From NCBI RefSeq assembly GCF_009914755.1, contig NC_060926.1: 64,000 bases of DNA. One strand, given 5' to 3'. The DNA is from the human T2T-CHM13v2.0 reference genome, Homo sapiens. Positions 55,456 to 64,000 of the stretch are shown here, piece by piece. The translations under genes were made by a program, and so were the position numbers. A model generated the notes under the pieces. That model was not told the origin of the DNA. It ran no database searches and saw only the letters and a program-made list of their open reading frames with translations. How positions within the stretch are numbered: the stretch's first letter is position 1; the number at the start of each line of letters is the position of its first letter.

Positions 55456-57486
55456 TGAACTCCTGACCTCAGCGGATCAGCTCACCTCGGCCTCCCAAAG
55501 TGCTAGGATTACAGGTGTGAGCCACCGTGCCCGGCCACTGACCTGAAATAGTTGAGTGTCCCCTTCCCTTATGTATCTGCTCCCAGCTAGGCATAGCCAG
55601 CTAGCTTGCTGGAAAGATAAATAGCAGGAATATACCACTTTGCACTTTAATAACAGGAATCTTTTAGAATTAATTTCTGATCCCCAAAGAAATTCTGTAA
55701 ATATAACAAATTAGTGGAAATTTTAGGTGATGTCAGGCTAATTGAACCTGCCTGTCTGGGAGCAGGCAGGTTTTCTAGTGTCCCATAGTATATTATATAT
55801 AAGGTTAGAGCTGCCTTTGAATGTTCACTTCTTTTCTCTTGAGAAAAATCCCTATTCCTTCTATTGAAAGGTCTTAATGAAAGCTTCAAAGAAACATGCA
55901 GGTTTCTAATGAAAGAAGGGTGGGTCCTTATTAGAAAGATGTTTTAACCAAAAAATACAAAATGTTTAAATGGTGTTCCAAATACTTCATAGCAGTCTAG
56001 ATAAGAAAAACCCAGATTCCTGTATTGTTTCTGCAGTATTACGCTAGCTCTTTTATATGATTGACAGCTAATTCTCTTGTTTATGTTTCCCTTCTTTTTG
56101 CCTTGTCCTTATTATTTATATGTTTGTTTTGATATATGAAAGAGCATTCCTTCCAAATAGAAAGTCAGAAAGTTGAAGTTTTCCTACTATAAAACAGGTT
56201 AGTTGTTTGTTTTTGTTGTTTTTCTTAAGAATTAGGGTAGAAATCTACCTTTGGCAGAATGGAAAATATTTAGGAGGGTTGAGTCACATTTGTACTATTA
56301 TTGTATTGACATTCTATTTTGACTTATCTTTCAAATAACAAACATTGTGGAAACCTTTTATGAACTTGTGTTGAGTGAATTTGAATATCTGACTTAGAGA
56401 CTGGGCATGACTTCTTTGGAATGTTTGTGTTTATGAAGATATACTTTGTCTGCCTAAATTTGTTTACCTCAATTTGTATAAAAATGAATTTCTGAGAATT
56501 TAGGAAAATAATTCCTTTCTATTTAAACATTAACATGTGTTTCTTTAATTGTACATTAATATAAAGCATAATTATTTTGCTTAGTATTAAGAAGCTACGT
56601 TGATTAAATACTAAACTATTTTTGGTTTATTTACTCATTTTCAGTTGTCAAAATAAGTATAATTGGAAACAGCTGCCTTCATATTATTTTTGACAGTTCT
56701 TCACAATTGAATCTAAAATGGGTAACTAAGAAAATGGGCCTTTTCTAATTACAATTTTTCCTAAAATATACATTCAGATTGCTCTTCTGTAAATGAGAAG
56801 CAGACAGATATTTTCTGTGGCTTCCTCATTTTTATGAATTGATTAGCCTCATTTGGCTATTTTACACATATTAGCAGATTTCACTATTCTCTGGCATGAT
56901 TAAAATGTGGTAGAAGACTAGTGAAGTGTTTCTTTATCCTTTTAGTCTTGTCTTCAAGCTGCACTTAAACTTCTTTTCATTATCAAAACAACTTAATAAT
57001 GTGATTTGATATTAGCAAGAGATTTGAAATTTTTCCATATCTTAATAGTATCTTAATAACTTCTGTGATTAAATAAGTACGTTTATTTTAGCCGTTCTTA
57101 GGATTAATTTATCTAATGCAAAGTGAGCTCTTGATTAATTTAGAAATTAGGAAGCTAGAAATATTTTTTAAAATACCAGTTTAATATAAAATGCTATACT
57201 ATTAGGCAATTTTTTCTTCTAAATTTATCCCTACAACACTTCTAACTTTTTAAATGAATTTAAAAAGAAATACTGTGTTCCTCTCCCCAACCCCCCACAC
57301 CAGAAAGTCTGGCCAAGACCAAAAGAAATATAATCCAAGGTACCTCACTTGCATTCGAAAGCATGGGAAATGCTTGTTTTACTGCTCATGCTAGGATTCC
57401 ATTCCTACGCATGTATTACATAACTCACAAAGAAGGAATTGGGCTCCAAAGGACTTTGATTTTTTTTTTTTCACTTTGATTCTTTT

Positions 57487-57517
<31 letters not shown>

Positions 57518-57624
57518 TTATACTTTAAGTTTTAGGGTACATGTGCACATCGTGCAGGTTAGTTACATAAGTATACATGTGCCATGCTGGTGTGCTGCAC
57601 CCACTAACTCGTCATCTAGCATTA

Positions 57625-61563
<3,939 letters not shown>

Positions 61564-61611
61564 TTATTTTGCTCGTTAGTTGATGCAGTTTCTTCCTAGT
61601 CTTGATGGTCT

Positions 61612-62628
61612 TTACATTTTGGCATGATTTTGCAGCGGCTGGTACCGGTTGTTCCTTTCCATGTTTAGTGCTTCCTTCAGGAGCTCTTTTTGGGCAGGCC
61701 TGGTGGTGACAAAATCTCTCAGCATTTGCTTGTCTGTAAAGTATTTTATTTCTCCTTCACTTATGAAGCTTAGTTTGGCTGGATATGAAATTCTGGGTTG
61801 AAAATTCTTTTCTTTAAGAATGTTGAATATTGGCCCCCACTCTCTTCTGGCCTATAGAATTTCTGCCAAGAGATCCGCTGTTAGTCTGATGGGCTTCCCT
61901 TTGAGGGTAACCCAACCTTTCTCTCTGGCTGCCCTTAACATTTTTTCCTTCATTTCAACGTTGGTGAATCTGACAATTATGTGTCTTGGAGTTGCTCTTC
62001 TCGAGGAGTATCTTTGTGGCGTTCTCTGTATTTCCTGAATCTGAACGTTGGCCTGCCTTGCTAGATTGCGGAACTTCTCCTAGATAATATCCTGCAGAGT
62101 GTTTTCCAACTTGGTTCCATTCTCCCCATCACTTTCAGGTACACCAATCAGACGTAGATTTGGTCTTTTCATATAGCCCCATATTTCTTGGAGGCTTTGC
62201 TCGTTTCTTTTTATTCTTTTTTCTCTAAACCTTCCTTCTTGCTTCATTTCATTCATTTCATCTTCCATCGCTGATACCCTTTCTTCCAGTTGATCACATT
62301 GGCTTCTGAGGCTTCTGCATTCTTCACGTAGTTCTCGAGCCTTGGTTTTCAGCTCCATGAGCTCCTTTAAGCACTTCTCTGTATTGGTTATTCTAGTTAT
62401 ACATTCTTCTAAATTTTTTTCAAAGTTTTCAACTTCTTTGACTTTGGTTTGAATGTCCTCCCATAGCTCGGAGTAATTTGATTGTCTGAAGCCTTCTTCT
62501 CTCAGCTCGTCAAAGTCATTCTCCATCCAGCTTTGTTCCGTTGCTGGTGAGGAGCTGCATTCCTTTGGAGGAGGAGAGGCGCTCTGATTTTTAGAGTTTC
62601 CAGTTTTTCTGTTCTGTTTTTTCCCCAT
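61612..62628 (-). pseudogene. L1 ORF1, premature TAG at 62082-62080 (codon 183)
   Basis: MGKKQNRKTGNSK...; frame length 1017 nt to the normal TAA. Confidence 0.92.
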
Positions 62629-63076
62629 CTTTGTGGTTTTATCTACTTTTGGTCTTTGATGATGGTGATGTACAGATGGGTTTTTGGTGTAGATGTCCTT
62701 TCTGTTTGTTAGTTTTCCTTCTAACAGACAGGATCCTCAGCTGCAGGTCTGTTGGAGTACCCTGCAGTGTGAGGTGTCAGTGTGCCCCTGCTGGAGGGTG
62801 CCTCCCAGTTAGGCTGCTCGGGGGTCAGGGACCCACTTGAGGAGGCAGTCTGCCCGTTCTCAGATCTCCAGCTGCGTGCTGGGAGAACCACTGCTCTCTT
62901 CAAAGCTGTCAGACAGGGACATTTAAGTCTGCAGAGGTTACTCCTGTCTTTTTATTTGTCTGTGCCCTGCCCCCAGAGGTGGAGCCTACAGAGGCAGGCA
63001 GGCCTCCTTGAGCTGTGGTGGGCTCCACCCAGTTCGAGCTTCCTGGCAGCTTTGTTTACCTAAGCAAGCCTGGGCA

Positions 63077-63268
63077 ATGGTGGGCGCCCCTCCCCCAGCC
63101 TCGCTGCCGCCTTGCAGTTTGATCTCAGACTGCTGTGCTAGCAATCAGCGAGACTCCGTGGGCGTAGGACCCTCCGAGCCACGTGCGGGATATAATCTCA
63201 TGGTGCACCGTTTTTTAAGCCCGTCGGAAAAGCACAGTATTCGGGTGGGAGTGACCCGATTTTCCTGA
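63077..63268 (+). other. L1 antisense ORF0, truncated to 63 aa
   Basis: MVGAPPPASLPPCSLISDCCASNQRDSVGVGPSE...RFS*; stop created by a 9-bp tandem duplication. Confidence 0.8.
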
Positions 63269-63608
63269 TTTTCCAGGTGCTGTCCATCACCCCTTTCTTT
63301 GATTAGGAAAGGGAACTCCCTGACCCCTTGCGCTTCCCGAGTGAGGCAATGCCTCGCCCTGCTTCGGCTCGCGCACGGTGCGCGCACCCACTGACCTGCG
63401 CCCACTGTCTGGCACTCCCTAGTGAGATGAACCCGGTACCTCAGATGGAAATGCAGAAATCACCCGTCTTCTGCGTCGCTCAGGCTGGGAGCTGTAGACC
63501 GGAGCTGTTCCTATTCGGCCATCTTGGCTCCTCCCTCAGGACTTTGATTTTACATGGCAATATGGTAAGCCTTAAAGAACACTGTCCTGTGTGTTGATAG
63601 CCCTGTAG

Positions 63609-63881
<273 letters not shown>

Positions 63882-64000
63882 TGACTAATTTTTTTGTATT
63901 TTTAGTAGAGACGAGGTTTCACCATGTCGACCAGGCTGGTGTTGAACTCCTGGACTCAAGTGATCCACCTGCCTCGGCCTCCCAAAGTGCTAGAATTACA

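Overview
Human genomic DNA (a human-specific AluYb8, an SVA and a young L1PA are present). Bases 1-15 kb hold the 5' end of PNPT1 (mitochondrial PNPase) on the - strand: coding exons 1-8 map exactly with GT-AG boundaries and join in frame (679 nt), preceded by a CpG-rich promoter with CCAAT, GC-box and ISRE motifs. The rest is repeat-rich (about 50 Alus, L2/MIR, several solo LTRs, a 5'-truncated SVA, a full-length inactivated L1PA2/3). Two things are not explained by that picture. (1) Between the repeats, + strand unique segments from about 15 to 40 kb translate by eye, with stops and frameshifts, into colinear leucine-rich repeats, an LGR/RXFP-type cysteine hinge and TM1-TM7, possibly followed by kinase-like motifs at 44.5-45.9 kb. 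This suggests a long-dead, spliced LRR-GPCR(-kinase) unitary pseudogene running head-to-head with, and perhaps overlapping, the PNPT1 5' end. It is inference that needs a homology search. (2) An unprocessed piece of AP2S1 (exon 4 with its flanking introns) is inserted in PNPT1 intron 1. Repeat subfamily names and boundaries are by eye and approximate unless a TSD is given.
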